A DNA stretch of 32,000 nucleotides from Anabaena subtropica FACHB-260. Lineage in GTDB: Bacteria > Cyanobacteriota > Cyanobacteriia > Cyanobacteriales > Nostocaceae. The notes beneath the pieces are model-generated. The model saw only the letters and a program-made list of their open reading frames with translations, was not told the origin of the DNA and did not search any database. Within the stretch, counting starts at the first letter, position 1, and every line of letters starts with the position of its first letter. The stretch lies in the NCBI RefSeq assembly GCF_014697105.1, contig NZ_JACJRF010000001.1, forward strand, positions 231,020-263,019, in the 5' to 3' direction. Of this stretch, positions 16,341 through 25,373 are shown in pieces. Both the position numbers and the translations under genes were made by a program.

Positions 16341-16540
16341 CCTCTCCCCTGCAAGGAGCTACGGTGTACACACAAGTCTGATAAACTTTGCCCTATAACG
16401 TTTTGATCCCCCCTAACCCCCCTTAGAAAAGGGGGAACAAGAATCAAAGTCCCCCTTTTGAAGGGGGATTTAGGGGGATCAAACTACATTTTGCACCTAG
16501 CACAAGGATGTGTGTACACGGTAGCCTGCAAGGAGAGAGG
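16341..16540. repeat. MITE-like palindromic element (two ~90-nt imperfect inverted arms)
   Basis: The left arm CCTCTCCCCTGCAAGGAGCTACGGTGTACACAC...GATCCCCCCTAACCCCCCTTAGAAAAGGGGG pairs imperfectly with the reverse complement of 16451-16540. Inner hairpins are CCCCCTT-AGAA-AAGGGGG and CCCCCTT-TTG-AAGGGGG. Confidence 0.7.
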
Positions 16541-16696
16541 TTTTAAAACCCTATTTTTCACTGATATTTTAACTCTTTACTCCCCTCTCCGCGTCGGCTG
16601 GGGGAAAGGTCAAAATCAAGTTGTTTTAAGGTGCAATTGCAATGATGATGTTTTGAGAGTAATCGTTAGGCGATCGCTTCACAGTGTTTTCCAGAT

Positions 16697-18112
16697 TTAA
16701 GTGGGTGAGGTAGTTCCTATCTTCATTTGCACTATTACCATAGTGCCTTCATCAATCTTGCTTCTGACATTAATAGAACCCCCACAATGCCATAACAATC
16801 TCTGCACAATGGTTAATCCTAAACCTGCGCCATTTGTCTCATCAATTAGCCCCGATCGCACACGATAAAAACAGTCAAAGATTTTGGGAATTTCGGTTTC
16901 AGAAATCCCGATACCTGTGTCACGAATTTCTAGTTGGACATATTCGCCTTGGACTTTAGCTCTGACCCATACTTGACCGCCCTTGGGTGTAAACTTCAGG
17001 CTGTTATGTAGCAGATGAATAACAATTTGCCGCAAGCCACCATTGACACACCAAACCGTGGGTAAGTCTGTAGGGATGGTGTAGCCTAGCATGATGCCTT
17101 TTTCTTGGGCTACTGGTTGGTAAGTGCTGACGACTCCAGGGACAATATCTACAAGCTTGACTAATTCTAAAGTTGTAGCTTCCAAATTATGCTCTAGTTC
17201 TACCAACGTCATGAGACCTGTAATCAAAACACTTTGGCGATCGCACTGAGTATTTAGCATTTGCAAATAGCGCTGTCGCTGATGGGGTTTGAGCGTCGGC
17301 GAATTTAACAGCGAAAGTGCAGTCTTCATTTGCGTTAGGGGTGTACGCAATTCTTGACACACATTGGTTAAATATTCATCTTTCAGTTGCTCTTTTGTTT
17401 GCAGTTTTTGATTGTGCTGCTGCAATTTAGCAATGCGTTCTACACTAATTCGCCGATTAATTTCATTTTGTCGCTGGAGTTGCTTGGTGAGAAGTTGGCT
17501 GATGAGTGCTGGTTCGCAAGCGTTTGGACAGATGAAATCACTGGGTGTAATTGGCTTTGATTCTGGGACAATCTCTTGTTTGATACCATCTAATACACGC
17601 TGAATTACTTGATTATCAACTGAAGTAATGGTAAATAAAGGTTGATTTTTACTATTTTGAGCCTTATCTAAAGTACTGATTTTATTATTTTGGCGCGGAC
17701 GATAAGCTGCAATTAAACTGCAAAATCTTGGCGATAATACTAACAAAAAGTATTCTCTTGGCAGATTATTATTTGGTAGTAATCGCACATCTAGATAATG
17801 GTCATATAAACTAGATAAAGATATTAACTTTTCTTCCCCTAATTCTAATTTTCCTTCCCCTACTTGACAATTGTAAATATTACTAGATTCACCCATAGAT
17901 GACTGATAACGGACTAATTCTGAAGTCCAAATTTTCCCTGGTGGAAGTTTAATCCACAGCGTTGCACTGATCTGCTGCTCAATTAGTAAGTCTATTTGCG
18001 CTCTCACCAGTGATAACAACGTAGCCGGATTGAGAGTCACTGTTTGGGAAGGCGCTTCCACTCCTAAAGCCAGCTGATAAACGGATAAATCCTTATGGAG
18101 AGAGTCATTCAT
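16697..18112 (-). CDS. Sensor histidine kinase-like protein (N-terminal sensory domain, HisKA-like, HATPase_c) with Gln at the H-box His position
   Basis: N box HLLHNSLKFT, G1 IRDTGIGI, F box IFDCFYRV and G2 GAGLGLTIV are all present. The H-box reads NVCQELRTPL instead of SHELRTPL. The N-terminal ~230 aa may be a DICT-like domain, but I am not sure of that. Confidence 0.8.
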   Translation of the reverse strand: MNDSLHKDLSVYQLALGVEAPSQTVTLNPATLLSLVRAQIDLLIEQQISATLWIKLPPGKIWTSELVRYQSSMGESSNIYNCQVGEGKLELGEEKLISLSSLYDHYLDVRLLPNNNLPREYFLLVLSPRFCSLIAAYRPRQNNKISTLDKAQNSKNQPLFTITSVDNQVIQRVLDGIKQEIVPESKPITPSDFICPNACEPALISQLLTKQLQRQNEINRRISVERIAKLQQHNQKLQTKEQLKDEYLTNVCQELRTPLTQMKTALSLLNSPTLKPHQRQRYLQMLNTQCDRQSVLITGLMTLVELEHNLEATTLELVKLVDIVPGVVSTYQPVAQEKGIMLGYTIPTDLPTVWCVNGGLRQIVIHLLHNSLKFTPKGGQVWVRAKVQGEYVQLEIRDTGIGISETEIPKIFDCFYRVRSGLIDETNGAGLGLTIVQRLLWHCGGSINVRSKIDEGTMVIVQMKIGTTSPT

Positions 18113-18527
18113 GAGTTAAGCACAACCAATAAAAATCATGGTAAGGAAAAAATAATTATCGCCTTTCTGGCAAGGCAGAAGGCAGAGGGCAGCAGGGAAG
18201 AAAAAAGTTTTAAGGTATGCCTTGTTGCTTTGACCAAACTAGGTTTAATACCCCCACTAAATCGTAGATTCATTGGTCTACAATTACTGGGGGTAAGAAT
18301 CCCCTTGTAATTGAACCTTCTGGTTTCTTCAATTTATCGATTTTTATCCTTATTCCTTATATATATGTTTTTTACACAAAAGCCCCGGAAACACAATAAA
18401 TTATGAATCACGAAATTACTAAATATTACTATTTTTAATGCAAATGACCACTTTATATTTCAAAGCTTATAGATTTATAATATATTTTTTACAATAGTAG
18501 TTATAAAACATTTGTAGTATTCAGTAA

Positions 18528-18815
18528 ATGCAATTAATTTTATACAGTAAACCCGGTTGTCATTTATGTGAGGGCTTACAGGAAAAACTGGAACAGATCC
18601 AAAATTTGAGTTTTGAGTTAGAAATTCGTGACATTACAACTCGTGAAGATTGGTTTATGGCATACCAATATGAGGTTCCGGTTCTTTATCTGGTAAAGCC
18701 TGAAGACGAGCAAGAGCGAGCTTTGCCCCGGCCTTCGCCTCGTGCTAGCGTTCAGCAATTGGAGCAAATGTTGTGTAAGTATTTAGCCAATCCGGAAAAA
18801 AATAATGCAGAATAG
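18528..18815 (+). CDS. Glutaredoxin-like protein (DUF836 / thioredoxin fold)
   Basis: MQLILYSKPGCHLCEGL carries a CxxC at the canonical position. 95 aa. Confidence 0.75.
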   Translation: MQLILYSKPGCHLCEGLQEKLEQIQNLSFELEIRDITTREDWFMAYQYEVPVLYLVKPEDEQERALPRPSPRASVQQLEQMLCKYLANPEKNNAE

Positions 18816-18847
18816 GCGCAAGAAAGGCGTGTGTCGAGGTTCACAAC

Positions 18848-20347
18848 ATGAAATTGCGGGAATTATTAGCGACAGTAGACAGTGTGGAAAATTTACCTCA
18901 AGCTTTAGGGGATGCGGAAGTAAAAGGAATCAAGACTAATTCCCATGCTTGTGGTGCAGGAGATTTGTTTATTGGAATGCCAGGAACACGGGTAGATGGT
19001 GGAGAATTTTGGCCTAGTGCGATCGCTTCCGGTGCGATCGCGGCGATCGTCTCTCCTCAAGCTGTGGAAAAAAATCCTCCTAGTGATGAGGCTGTTGTCA
19101 TTAGCGCTAACGACATGACTAAAGCTTGTGCCGAAATTGCCGCAGCTTTTTATGATTATCCTGGGCAGAAACTCAAGCTGGTAGGTGTCACTGGTACTAA
19201 TGGTAAAACTACCACGACTCACTTAATTGAATTTTTCTTAACCAAAGCGCAATTATCCACTGCTTTGATGGGGACTCTCTACACTCGTTGGCCTGGGTTT
19301 GAACAGACAGCCACCCACACCACACCCTTCGCAGTGGAACTACAACAGCAACTAGCACAAGCTGTCAACGCTGGGTGTGAGTTCGGAGTCATGGAAGTCA
19401 GTTCCCACGCCTTAGCACAAGGTCGGGTGCTTGGTTGTCCCTTTGAGGTGGGGGTATTTAGCAATCTCACCCAAGATCACCTGGACTATCACAGCGACAT
19501 GGAAGATTATTTCGCAGCGAAAGCGCTGTTATTTAGTCCTGACTACCTCAAAGGACGAGCAATTATCAATGCTGATGATACCTACGGTCAAAGATTAATT
19601 AAGGCATTGAGTCCTGAGAAGGTGTGGAGTTATAGCGTTAATGATAGCAGTGCTGATTTATGGATGAGTGATTTGAGTTATGAGCCAAACGGTGTCAGTG
19701 GAATATTGCATACACCAGAAGGTGATGTCAGTTTCCGTTCCCCCTTGGTTGGTCAATACAATTTAGAAAATCTCTTGGCGGCTATAGGTGCAGTTTTACA
19801 CTTAGGACTAGACTTACAATTAATCGCCAATGCTATCCCAGAGTTCCCCGGTGTCCCCGGACGAATGGAAAGGGTGCAGATTCATCCTGACCAAGATATT
19901 AGCGTCATTGTCGATTATGCCCATACCCCAGATAGTTTAGAAAACTTACTCAAAGCTGCTAGACCATTTATTCCTGGGAGAATGATTTGTGTGTTTGGCT
20001 GTGGTGGCGATCGCGATCGCACCAAGCGCCCCAAAATGGGTAAAATCGGGGCTGAACTAGCCGATTTAGCTGTGGTGACTTCAGATAATCCGCGCACGGA
20101 AGACCCAGAACGAATCTTAGAGGATATTCTGGCGGGAATCCCTGACACCGTACAACCGATAGTTATAGGCGATCGCGCTTCTGCCATTCGTACTGCAATT
20201 TTACAAGCCCAACCCGGTGATGGAGTACTACTGGCTGGCAAGGGTCATGAAGATTACCAAATTCTCGGTACAGAAAAAATCCACTTCGACGACCGAGAAC
20301 ACGCACGCGCCGCTTTGACTGAGAGAGTAAAAACATCCGATAAATAG
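18848..20347 (+). CDS. murE: UDP-N-acetylmuramoyl-L-alanyl-D-glutamate--2,6-diaminopimelate ligase
   Basis: Mur ligase P-loop GVTGTNGKTTT, DYAHTPDSL, and the DNPR motif (SDNPRTEDP) typical of DAP-adding MurE. Confidence 0.92.
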   Translation: MKLRELLATVDSVENLPQALGDAEVKGIKTNSHACGAGDLFIGMPGTRVDGGEFWPSAIASGAIAAIVSPQAVEKNPPSDEAVVISANDMTKACAEIAAAFYDYPGQKLKLVGVTGTNGKTTTTHLIEFFLTKAQLSTALMGTLYTRWPGFEQTATHTTPFAVELQQQLAQAVNAGCEFGVMEVSSHALAQGRVLGCPFEVGVFSNLTQDHLDYHSDMEDYFAAKALLFSPDYLKGRAIINADDTYGQRLIKALSPEKVWSYSVNDSSADLWMSDLSYEPNGVSGILHTPEGDVSFRSPLVGQYNLENLLAAIGAVLHLGLDLQLIANAIPEFPGVPGRMERVQIHPDQDISVIVDYAHTPDSLENLLKAARPFIPGRMICVFGCGGDRDRTKRPKMGKIGAELADLAVVTSDNPRTEDPERILEDILAGIPDTVQPIVIGDRASAIRTAILQAQPGDGVLLAGKGHEDYQILGTEKIHFDDREHARAALTERVKTSDK

Positions 20348-20506
20348 AGCTTTTTAAACGCAGAGTGACGGGGAGGTTACAATACATCCTGCCCGTCCTT
20401 AGTTATTAGCACCGTTTTAAGATAATCTGAAAAATCAGGCTAGATACTAGCTCACACAATGTCTAAAATGATTCCCTTGTTAGCTTAAAAAAGCGTTTTC
20501 CTAATT

Positions 20507-21343
20507 ATGACAAATCAAGCTCCTATCCCAGTTATTGTCAATGGTGCTGCTGGCAAAATGGGTCGTGAAGTAGTCAAAGCAGTAGCCCAAGCGCCAGACT
20601 TAAATTTATTGGGTGCAATTGACCACAGTCCCGAACATCAAGGTAAAGACGCTGGGGAACTAGCTGGTTTAAGTGAAGCCCTAGAAGTTCCAATTACAGA
20701 CCAATTGGAACCAATGCTGGGTTATGTGGCTGGTGAAAGACAAGGGCCACCAGGGGTCATAGTAGACTTTACTCACCCTGATTCAGTTTATGATAATGTT
20801 CGCAGTGCGATCGCCTATGGTATTCGTCCAGTGGTCGGAACTACGGGGTTAAGTCCATCACAGATTGAAAATTTGGCAGATTTTGCCGAAAAAGCTAGTA
20901 CTGGTTGTCTCATTATTCCTAACTTTTCCATTGGTATGGTGTTGCTGCAACAAGCCGCCATCACCGCATCACAATATTTTGATCATGTAGAAATTATCGA
21001 ATTACACCACAATCAAAAAGCCGATGCGCCCAGTGGGACAGCGATTCAAACCGCGCAATTACTAGCGGAGTTGGGTAAAACTTTTAACCCTGCAATTGTG
21101 GAAGAAACGGAAAAAATACCCGGAGCTAGAGGTAGTTTAGCTGGCGAAGGCATTAGGATTCATAGCGTCCGCCTACCAGGATTGATAGCCCATCAAGAAG
21201 TGATTTTTGGCGCACCAGGACAAATTTATACCTTACGCCATGATACAAGCGATCGCGCCTGCTATATGCCAGGAGTTTTGCTTGCGATTCGCAAAGTCTT
21301 ACAGCTAAAGTCATTAGTATATGGTTTAGAAAAGATACTATAA
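20507..21343 (+). CDS. dapB: 4-hydroxy-tetrahydrodipicolinate reductase
   Basis: NAD(P)-binding [12 protein letters not shown] and the DapB signature [15 protein letters not shown]. Confidence 0.92.
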   Translation: MTNQAPIPVIVNGAAGKMGREVVKAVAQAPDLNLLGAIDHSPEHQGKDAGELAGLSEALEVPITDQLEPMLGYVAGERQGPPGVIVDFTHPDSVYDNVRSAIAYGIRPVVGTTGLSPSQIENLADFAEKASTGCLIIPNFSIGMVLLQQAAITASQYFDHVEIIELHHNQKADAPSGTAIQTAQLLAELGKTFNPAIVEETEKIPGARGSLAGEGIRIHSVRLPGLIAHQEVIFGAPGQIYTLRHDTSDRACYMPGVLLAIRKVLQLKSLVYGLEKIL

Positions 21344-21368
21344 ACTCACCACTCCCCACTCCCCACTC

Positions 21369-22049
21369 ATGTTAGTTCCACTGACTCGCCAGAAATTTGA
21401 ACAAATAATTCCCCTAATTGCCACTGGCCCGCAGTACAAGTACTACTGGGGAAAGTTTTCCAACTTTTTGCAGCGCCTGTTAATTTCTGTAGTTGCGATA
21501 GTTGTGATTCTGCTGATTAGAACAGTTTTTCGGTTAGATTTTGGCCTTATCGTCTTTTTTGTGGGAGTATTCGCCGCCTTTTTTTGGTTATGGTATCCCG
21601 TTCTTCAGGCGAGTCTAAGGAATGCAAAATGCCGTCGTTACAAATACAGTGGCTTTTTCCGTGGTCGAATTCTAGATTGGTGGATTACAGATAAGTTGAT
21701 GGGTAAACAAGAAACCGTCAACAGCAAAGGCGAATTGGTAATTGTGGAAAATCGAGAAAAACGGATCAACATTGAAGTAGGTGACGATACAGGATTTAGC
21801 ATCGAGTTAGAAGCACCTCTACGTCCTTTTCATAAAGAGATCGCCCGTGGTCAAATAGCAGAAATGATTGTCCTGTCAAATCGCCCCGATTTAAGCAGGA
21901 TAGAAGAATTTAGTGATGTTTATATTCCCAGTCGTAACATCTGGGTAAATGATTATCCCTATCTACGAAGGGATTTCTTTAACGAAGTCAGCGATCGCCT
22001 ACGCGAAGACCGACAAAACAGACCACGCCGCCGCCGCCGGAATAATTAG
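21369..22049 (+). CDS. Conserved hypothetical membrane protein with an Arg-rich C-terminus
   Basis: 226-aa ORF with two TM helices (LLISVVAIVVILLI, IVFFVGVFAAFFWLWYPV) and a soluble C-terminal part ending RPRRRRRNN. No domain recognised. Confidence 0.6.
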   Translation: MLVPLTRQKFEQIIPLIATGPQYKYYWGKFSNFLQRLLISVVAIVVILLIRTVFRLDFGLIVFFVGVFAAFFWLWYPVLQASLRNAKCRRYKYSGFFRGRILDWWITDKLMGKQETVNSKGELVIVENREKRINIEVGDDTGFSIELEAPLRPFHKEIARGQIAEMIVLSNRPDLSRIEEFSDVYIPSRNIWVNDYPYLRRDFFNEVSDRLREDRQNRPRRRRRNN

Positions 22050-22081
22050 GGGAGTGAGGAGAAGAAGCACAAGAGCATGGA

Positions 22082-22702
22082 CTATGGACTAATTTTCCCG
22101 TAGGCTTGCCAAGCCAAATCTATCAAACCACCAGCGATCGCAGCTGCTACAACTGCGTTTCCTTTGCGGCTGTCAATTGTGATATTTGGAACTAAGGAAT
22201 CTTGCAAGCGTCTTTTGGCATCTTCCACATCTCCTAATCCCACAGGAGTAGCAATAATTAAAGCTGGGTTAATCTCTTCTGCTTCAAATAAATCAACGAG
22301 TGTAGTCATTGCTGTTTGCGCTTGACCTACTATAAAAATTCCTTCTGGATAGCGTGTGGCTAAGGTTTCAATTCCCCAAGCTGCGCGAGTTTTATTTGTT
22401 TGGGGACGGGTCAAAGCTTCCATGCTGCAATACACCGGATTAGCAAAAGTCTTTTGAACATCGGAGGCAATACCTACTTGCACCATCGGCACATCTACCA
22501 CAATAGTAGTTCTAGCTGCCAATGCTGCTGCCCCAGCTTGCAAAGCACGTTCAGAGAACCGGATTAAAGATTTGTACTCAAAGTCAGCCGTAGCATAAAT
22601 CACTCGGCGGACAATTTCATATTCTGCTGGCGAGAACACATGATCGCCAATTTCGCTATCGATGATTGCTAAACTTTGAGCATCAGTTACGTGCCATTCC
22701 AT
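22082..22702 (-). CDS. cobH: Precorrin-8X methylmutase (CobH/CbiC)
   Basis: 206 aa. SLAIIDSEIGDHVFSPAEYEIVRRVIYATADFEY and the size are typical of CobH/CbiC. Confidence 0.85.
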   Translation of the reverse strand: MEWHVTDAQSLAIIDSEIGDHVFSPAEYEIVRRVIYATADFEYKSLIRFSERALQAGAAALAARTTIVVDVPMVQVGIASDVQKTFANPVYCSMEALTRPQTNKTRAAWGIETLATRYPEGIFIVGQAQTAMTTLVDLFEAEEINPALIIATPVGLGDVEDAKRRLQDSLVPNITIDSRKGNAVVAAAIAGGLIDLAWQAYGKISP

Positions 22703-22847
22703 TGCTATTAACTGCTGAGAGACTAGCTTTCAGCTTATCAGTTTGAGCGATCGCTAGGTAAGAGGGACTAAGACCGCCATGAAGTCCATAGTCATTGGTT
22801 TTCTCCTCCCCCTTCCTTGCCTCTATTCCCTACTCCCTACGCCTCAT

Positions 22848-23657
22848 TTAAGAATTCGCATTAGAGGAAGGACGACTGAAAACTGGGGATAAATAAGCCA
22901 CCAAAGCCCCAATAAAAAAACCAGAGATATTACGCACTAGAGGTAGCCAGTCACTGGTACGTGTAACCACAGGCCCAATACCAAAGGCAATAAACAAAAT
23001 TCCCCACAAAGGCGAGAAAATTAAAGCCCATTGCCAAGCAAAAACTTGCCCTTCCGTCCGGGGTTGAGCTGCGAAGCCACAAATAATCCCACCAATGACT
23101 GATGTAATTAAGGTTAAAATCCACTGTTCCCTTGGTAGCCCAGGAACAACGTTACAACCACCTCTAATTAAACAGCCTTTAACTGAATCTAAGGCTTGTA
23201 AAATCGCCTGGTCTTCCCCTTGTTCTCGAACAAAATACAAATTTCCAAAGCGGGTTTGTAATTCTATCCAAAAAGTCCGGGGTAAAAGTTCATAAACTGC
23301 GTCACCCACACTAAAGCTGAGGATGTTACCCCCACGGGAGTCAGCAACCAAGAGAATGCTTTTGTCATCCAATCCCCAGTAATTGATTACAGCCCTACCC
23401 GGAGTCCGGTCATATTGAGTCAGTACGCGCAGTTTCCAACCAGTATCCGCTTCAAATTGCTCTATTTCTTGGATGAGCTTTTCTTCTTGCGGATCAGGTA
23501 GGGATTTAGCTAGGTCTACAACTGGGGTAAAAAAATTAGGTAACAACTCAGGATTGTCATAAGCCAGCGCAGGGGGAGAACTCATCACCCAAAGTGACCC
23601 AGCCAAGAAAAATACTGTAATAGATACTAAAATTCGTCGCCAAAAACGAGACTGCAT
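22848..23657 (-). CDS. psb32: TPM-domain protein, Psb32-like (photosystem II repair)
   Basis: ORF 22848-23696, with the start set at ATG 23657 (MQSRFWRR, signal-anchor). TPM-like core VVDLAKSLPDPQEEKLIQEIEQFEADTGWKLRVLT plus C-terminal TM helices. The symbol assignment is tentative. Confidence 0.7.
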   Translation of the reverse strand: MQSRFWRRILVSITVFFLAGSLWVMSSPPALAYDNPELLPNFFTPVVDLAKSLPDPQEEKLIQEIEQFEADTGWKLRVLTQYDRTPGRAVINYWGLDDKSILLVADSRGGNILSFSVGDAVYELLPRTFWIELQTRFGNLYFVREQGEDQAILQALDSVKGCLIRGGCNVVPGLPREQWILTLITSVIGGIICGFAAQPRTEGQVFAWQWALIFSPLWGILFIAFGIGPVVTRTSDWLPLVRNISGFFIGALVAYLSPVFSRPSSNANS

Positions 23658-23839
23658 GGACGTTCTTATACAAATATCAACAGTAAAAGTGAACAAGTTG
23701 CTTTAAAACAGTATGAGAAAAGTGATACTTTGTTACACTTGTTTACTTTACTCTAATCTTAGGGTTGAAAGCAAAGATTATTGTTAGGAAGTAGGAGTCG
23801 GGAATAGAAGCAGAGGAACAGGGTAGCCACTGCGGTCTT

Positions 23840-24012
23840 CTCTACGTTCCCTACGGAGAAGCAAGCTACGCGGAACGTGTCGGAGACATACGCGCGCGCC
23901 GCGTTGGCGGAAGCCTCTCGTAAAGAAGGGGTCTCCCCAAGTGGAGCAAGTGGCGTAGCCGGGATTAGGGAGAGAAGAAAACTCATGATTATGAACTATG
24001 GACTATTGACTA
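23840..24012. repeat. Cluster of small dispersed repeats and heptamer repeats
   Basis: CCCTACGGAGAAGCAAGCTAC at 23849-23869 belongs to the same family as 24538-24557. GC-rich repeat-like segments (GCGCGCGCCGCGTTGGCGGAAGCCTCTCGTAAAGAAGG) follow, then the heptamers TGATTAT GAACTAT GGACTAT TGACTAT TAACCAT at 23986-24020. Confidence 0.6.
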
Positions 24013-24507
24013 TTAACCATCATGAGAACGGTATGCTTCTGCTTTGGGGCGGCGATTTTCTGGTTTCAGTGTCTCTCGTTCTCGGAGGGTTAGAGAAGAT
24101 TGTTCTGTGATGGATAAACGCTCAACCGTTCGCCTTGTAGGTTTTTGGCGGGTAAAGGTCTTCCAAGCTGCTTTGACACCAACAAATATGCTACGTGTAC
24201 CTACTTGTAAATTTTGAGCTTGTTTTCTCGCACCATCTAAGCTTTGGTCAACTTGTTTCACAACTTGACCGGCACTTTTGACTCCTTCGCTGACATCATC
24301 GGTCAAATCGGTAATTTCTAAGCCTGTGGTGCGGATAGCTTCTAATGTGGGTGGTAGTTCTCGTGAGAGTGTATCAAATAACTTTTCTGCACTGCGGGCT
24401 GCTCTTGCCAATTCCTGCAAAGCAGGTATCGCCGCTACCAAAACAGCAGTTAAGCTGGTAGCGACTAAGACAATAGACAGTCCCAACCAAAAAAGGGGTT
24501 CAATCAC
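24013..24507 (-). CDS. DUF948 domain-containing membrane-anchored protein
   Basis: N-terminal TM helix, then a helical region (ALQELARAARSAEKLFDTLSRELPPTLEAIRTTGLEITDLTDDV) characteristic of DUF948. Confidence 0.7.
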   Translation of the reverse strand: MIEPLFWLGLSIVLVATSLTAVLVAAIPALQELARAARSAEKLFDTLSRELPPTLEAIRTTGLEITDLTDDVSEGVKSAGQVVKQVDQSLDGARKQAQNLQVGTRSIFVGVKAAWKTFTRQKPTRRTVERLSITEQSSLTLRERETLKPENRRPKAEAYRSHDG

Positions 24508-24536
24508 GGCGATAAAAATTCAAAATACCCTACGGG

Positions 24537-24557
24537 AAGCAAGTTACAAAATTCAAA
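24537..24557. repeat. 21-nt small dispersed repeat flanked by a perfect 12-bp direct duplication
   Basis: AAAATTCAAAAT (24525-24536) + ACCCTACGGGAAGCAAGTTAC + AAAATTCAAAAT (24558-24569). Confidence 0.7.
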
Positions 24558-24581
24558 ATTAGGAAACCCATATCACTATAA

Positions 24582-24932
24582 TTATGAGCGTTCTAATTCT
24601 TGAGCAAGAGGATCTGAGTCTTGGTTAGCTTGTTGGCGTTTCAAGACCTGGCTTTCGCGCTGACTAGCATCTATACCAGATGCGATCGCATCCCGTAATC
24701 TATCTAAAGTTTCATCCCAATTTCGCAAAGCTGAGGCAGAAAGTCGATCTGCTTGGATTTGCACACTTGTTGACAAATCTTCCGCTAGTTCGGGGATGGC
24801 ATCAGCAGATTTTTTCAAAAGTTTACGAGTTTCGCGCCCTGTGCGTGGAGCTACAAGCACACCTGTTAAAGCACCGATGGTAGCTCCCAGCATCAAACCG
24901 CCAATAAATACTCCGGAACGGTTATTAGACAT
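24582..24932 (-). CDS. YtxH domain-containing protein
   Basis: The N-terminus GVFIGGLMLGATIGALTGVLVAPRTGRETRKLLKK is the typical YtxH motif. 116 aa. Confidence 0.8.
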   Translation of the reverse strand: MSNNRSGVFIGGLMLGATIGALTGVLVAPRTGRETRKLLKKSADAIPELAEDLSTSVQIQADRLSASALRNWDETLDRLRDAIASGIDASQRESQVLKRQQANQDSDPLAQELERS

Positions 24933-25046
24933 CTTATACTTTTTCTCTCTTTACAACCATTTTAGGTGGTTTTCGTTCATTGAAAAACGCAAATAATTTA
25001 ATCTAATTAGCTTATCGTGACAATATATCCAGCCAAAAAGTTGCTT

Positions 25047-25373
25047 TCAGGAGTTGATTGATTTTATCGGCTTCTTTTTGCCAACATAACGCTTCCAGCT
25101 ACGCTGACCAAGTAATAGTAAACTAACAATTTGCCTTAGTTGTTGAATTTGTATTTGTAAACTTTGGTTACTTTGTCTAAGATTCAAAAGATTTTGCTGC
25201 CCAAGATAGATATTTTCTGGTGCTTTATATAGCAAATCATGACTACAGCGTTCATAGTCAAGTAAGCGATCGCCGATAAATGCGATTTTTCCTTTTAGTC
25301 GCCACACTTGCCAAGCTACACAAAGCAGTGTCAGTGAAATCAGCAAGTTAATAACCACAACTACTGTTACCAT
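25047..25373 (-). CDS. Hypothetical membrane-anchored protein
   Basis: 108-aa ORF with one N-terminal TM helix and a Q/L-rich helix. It sits upstream of, and on the same strand as, the YtxH and DUF948 genes. Confidence 0.5.
   Translation of the reverse strand: MVTVVVVINLLISLTLLCVAWQVWRLKGKIAFIGDRLLDYERCSHDLLYKAPENIYLGQQNLLNLRQSNQSLQIQIQQLRQIVSLLLLGQRSWKRYVGKKKPIKSINS

Noticed and set aside
15950-16447. Minus-strand 165-aa ORF with HSHLKQK repeats (and the nested ORF 16035-16253) as a possible repeat protein.
   Set aside because: Its start lies inside the palindromic repeat element, its end overlaps the NLR-like gene, and its body is the 21-bp tandem array read in one of two open frames. It is most likely non-coding.
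16458-16700. Plus-strand 80-aa ORF (MKGDLGGSNY...).
   Set aside because: It is composed of the right arm of the palindromic element. KGDLGGS-type translations are typical repeat artefacts.
18095-18310. Plus-strand 71-aa ORF upstream of the kinase gene.
   Set aside because: It spans the GGCAGAx heptamer repeats and the divergent promoter region, and there is no supporting signal.
19279-20387. Minus-strand ORFs inside murE (18905-19222, 19279-19470, 19915-20241, 20163-20387).
   Set aside because: They are antisense shadows in a GC-richer gene and have no motifs. I apply the same judgement to 21153-21359, 23095-23295, 24278-24562, 24680-24996, 25883-26377, 27214-27405, 28671-29551 and 29832-31101.
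22703-22847. Cobalamin riboswitch upstream of cobH.
   Set aside because: The leader is only ~145 nt and I could not find a B12-box-like GCCACTG core on the minus strand. An Rfam scan would be needed to exclude it fully.
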